From positions 29,653 through 93,652 of the forward strand of contig JAJRWA010000048.1 of the NCBI GenBank assembly GCA_024277025.1: a DNA stretch of 64,000 nucleotides. The letters run 5' to 3'. A model generated the notes under the pieces. It saw only the letters and a program-made list of their open reading frames with translations, made no database searches and was not told the origin of the DNA. The first letter of the stretch is position 1; each line of letters starts with the position of its first letter. The position numbers and the translations under genes were made by a program. Positions 62,754-64,000 of this stretch are shown piece after piece. Source of the stretch: Candidatus Krumholzibacteriota bacterium. GTDB taxonomy: Bacteria; Krumholzibacteriota; Krumholzibacteriia; LZORAL124-64-63.

Positions 62754-63590
62754 CTACTTGTCGCCGAACCCGGCGCGCAGTTTGTCCAGCAGGTCCAGCG
62801 CCTCGATGTCGTTGGTCGCCGCGATGTCCTTCAATGACTGCTGCGGGTCCACCGTCAGGCCGGCTGCTTCCAGAATGCCGACGGCCTCACCCAGGTCCCG
62901 ATTGTAGTTCTCGCAGAATACGGCCAGGCTCAGCCGCCCCGAGCCCATGGGCATTGAAGTGGGGATCGCTTTGGGACCGGTCGGCCACTGTTCGGCCGGA
63001 CCTTTCATGATCTCGAACAGTTCGTGGGGTGAGAGGCCGTTGTCGTGGGCCAGTTTGGCAATGGTCACGTCCGGATCGGCAACCTCGATACCGGCTGCCG
63101 CCAGATGCGTTTTGGCCACATCCTTGTCCAAACCCACGTTGCGCAGGAATATGCGCAGGCCCGACTCTTCGGCGTGCCCGTAAGGGGGTTCGCCCAGAGC
63201 CAGCGCCGCATCGTCTTTGATTCCCTCACCCAGATTCTGGACCCAGACCATTGGGGGCACTTCCAGCAGCGTCAACGTGGCCACCACCGCCGTCACGCCC
63301 AGGGCCACATTGAAGTTCGGCGTGAAGAGTCGGAAATCCCGTGCCTTGTTCTTCATGTAGCTGGTTACCGGGCGCCAGTTGTAGTAGAGGTGGAAGAATC
63401 CGGCCAGCAGCATCAGGAAGCCTGAATTGGTGTGCAGGTTGCCCCATTGCGTCTTGGTCAGGCCCCATAATGACCAGTCGCTCCAGTAGGCGACCCGCCC
63501 CTGGGGCACGATGAACAGGATGATGCTGGAGGTGAGCATCAGGGCGATTGACATCAGCAGGGTCAACGAAACAATGCGGCGCAAGCTCAC
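62754..63590 (-). CDS. hypothetical integral membrane protein (DUF4405-like N-terminal TM pair plus soluble domain)
   Basis: Two N-terminal TM helices with conserved His/Trp (WGNLHTNSGFLML...FHLYYNW). Convergent with the rubrerythrin gene. Confidence 0.4.
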   Translation of the reverse strand: MSLRRIVSLTLLMSIALMLTSSIILFIVPQGRVAYWSDWSLWGLTKTQWGNLHTNSGFLMLLAGFFHLYYNWRPVTSYMKNKARDFRLFTPNFNVALGVTAVVATLTLLEVPPMVWVQNLGEGIKDDAALALGEPPYGHAEESGLRIFLRNVGLDKDVAKTHLAAAGIEVADPDVTIAKLAHDNGLSPHELFEIMKGPAEQWPTGPKAIPTSMPMGSGRLSLAVFCENYNRDLGEAVGILEAAGLTVDPQQSLKDIAATNDIEALDLLDKLRAGFGDK

Positions 63591-63646
63591 GACACAACTC
63601 TTTCGGGCAGGGGATGCGGGGGACCTGAAGTCCCCCTTGGGGTTCT

Positions 63647-64000
63647 CTATCGCCTGTAGGTGAGTCCGAAGACAATCTCGGCCCGAGTGTAGGCGAAAGG
63701 CTCGTTGTTGTTGTCCGCATCCTTGTATCGGTAGCGGATCAGGCCGGTCCAGCGGCTGCTCACAATATAGTCACCAGAGAGCTTGAAATTGAGGTAATTT
63801 TTCTGTCGCAGGTCCTGCGCCGGATCGTGGTCCACGTGGGCGGCATCGTAGCTTTTGCGGCTGTACCTGAGGCTTGCCCCCACCCTGTGGCCGGTGGGCC
63901 AGCGCCAGCCTCCGCCAACTTCGATCGCGGTGCCGGAGTAGTCCCAGTAACCCTCGTACTGGTCGGTGCTGTTGAAGAACTTCAACTCACCGTTGGCCCT
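63647..64000 (-). CDS. outer-membrane beta-barrel-like protein, 3' portion (gene continues beyond window end)
   Basis: Alternating aromatic/hydrophilic beta-strand pattern (RYRYKDADN, EIVFGLTYRR). The ORF is open to the window edge. Confidence 0.3.
   Translation of the reverse strand, partial: RANGELKFFNSTDQYEGYWDYSGTAIEVGGGWRWPTGHRVGASLRYSRKSYDAAHVDHDPAQDLRQKNYLNFKLSGDYIVSSRWTGLIRYRYKDADNNNEPFAYTRAEIVFGLTYRR

Noticed and set aside
1-64000. CRISPR arrays, tRNA/rRNA genes and prophage or integrase hallmarks
   Set aside because: No spaced direct repeats, no cloverleaf-like conserved tRNA segments and no integrase or terminase motifs were seen in any frame. I cannot exclude small ncRNAs without covariance-model searches.

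Overview
This is a 64 kb segment of a high-GC (about 65%) bacterial chromosome. Every call below comes from motif reading of the six-frame translations; no searches were run. The segment is gene-dense, with roughly 54 protein-coding genes, and I saw no rRNA, tRNA or CRISPR. Three secreted proteins end in a T9SS-type C-terminal sorting domain (NPFNP...VYF), which points to an FCB-superphylum-like organism such as Gemmatimonadota, Latescibacterota or relatives. That placement is inference only.

Housekeeping and accessory genes, in order: a PepSY-TM protein; a CRTAC1-like FG-GAP/UnbV protein; an NHL beta-propeller; an RCC1/FN3 lipoprotein; a Zn-dependent alcohol dehydrogenase; an S9-type hydrolase; a MerC-like protein paired with a Trx_3-like protein; an SDR oxidoreductase; a glutamine synthetase; a DUF3365 CXXCH protein; an M13 (PepO-like) peptidase; MoaC and MoaB; a GNAT acetyltransferase; a K+ channel (TTLGYGD); an S8 peptidase; aminopeptidase P; trans-aconitate methyltransferase; a sulfotransferase; a second alpha/beta hydrolase; an Rh50-type ammonium transporter; a rhodanese.

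Five loci stand out:
- 23.8-34.0 kb: a five-gene minus-strand cluster. It encodes three paralogous secreted DUF11-type proteins with shared N- and C-terminal motifs, a 1946-aa OmpA-domain giant protein with a probable C-terminal beta-barrel, and an MshQ/LamG-like DUF11 protein. I read this as a candidate uncharacterised surface-fibre or adhesin assembly system.
- 51.5-62.7 kb: a 13-gene Mrp-Mbh/Mbx-type energy-converting complex. It has a fused tandem antiporter subunit, a NuoD homolog that keeps only 3 of the 4 [NiFe] cysteines, and a NuoI ferredoxin fused to a GltD-like NAD(P)H oxidoreductase.
- 4.2-7.2 kb: a trio with no permease, made of a cytoplasmic DUF1858-plus-SBP-fold protein, a G3E metallochaperone-type GTPase and an orphan ABC ATPase.
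- 9.4-11.0 kb: a lipoprotein from the cholesterol-dependent-cytolysin (CDC-like) family, next to a divergent PAS-LuxR regulator.
- 35.4-37.2 kb: a hybrid sensor histidine kinase broken by an in-frame TAG inside the conserved NDILDFSKIE motif.

Long antisense shadow ORFs, typical of high-GC DNA, were seen and rejected.
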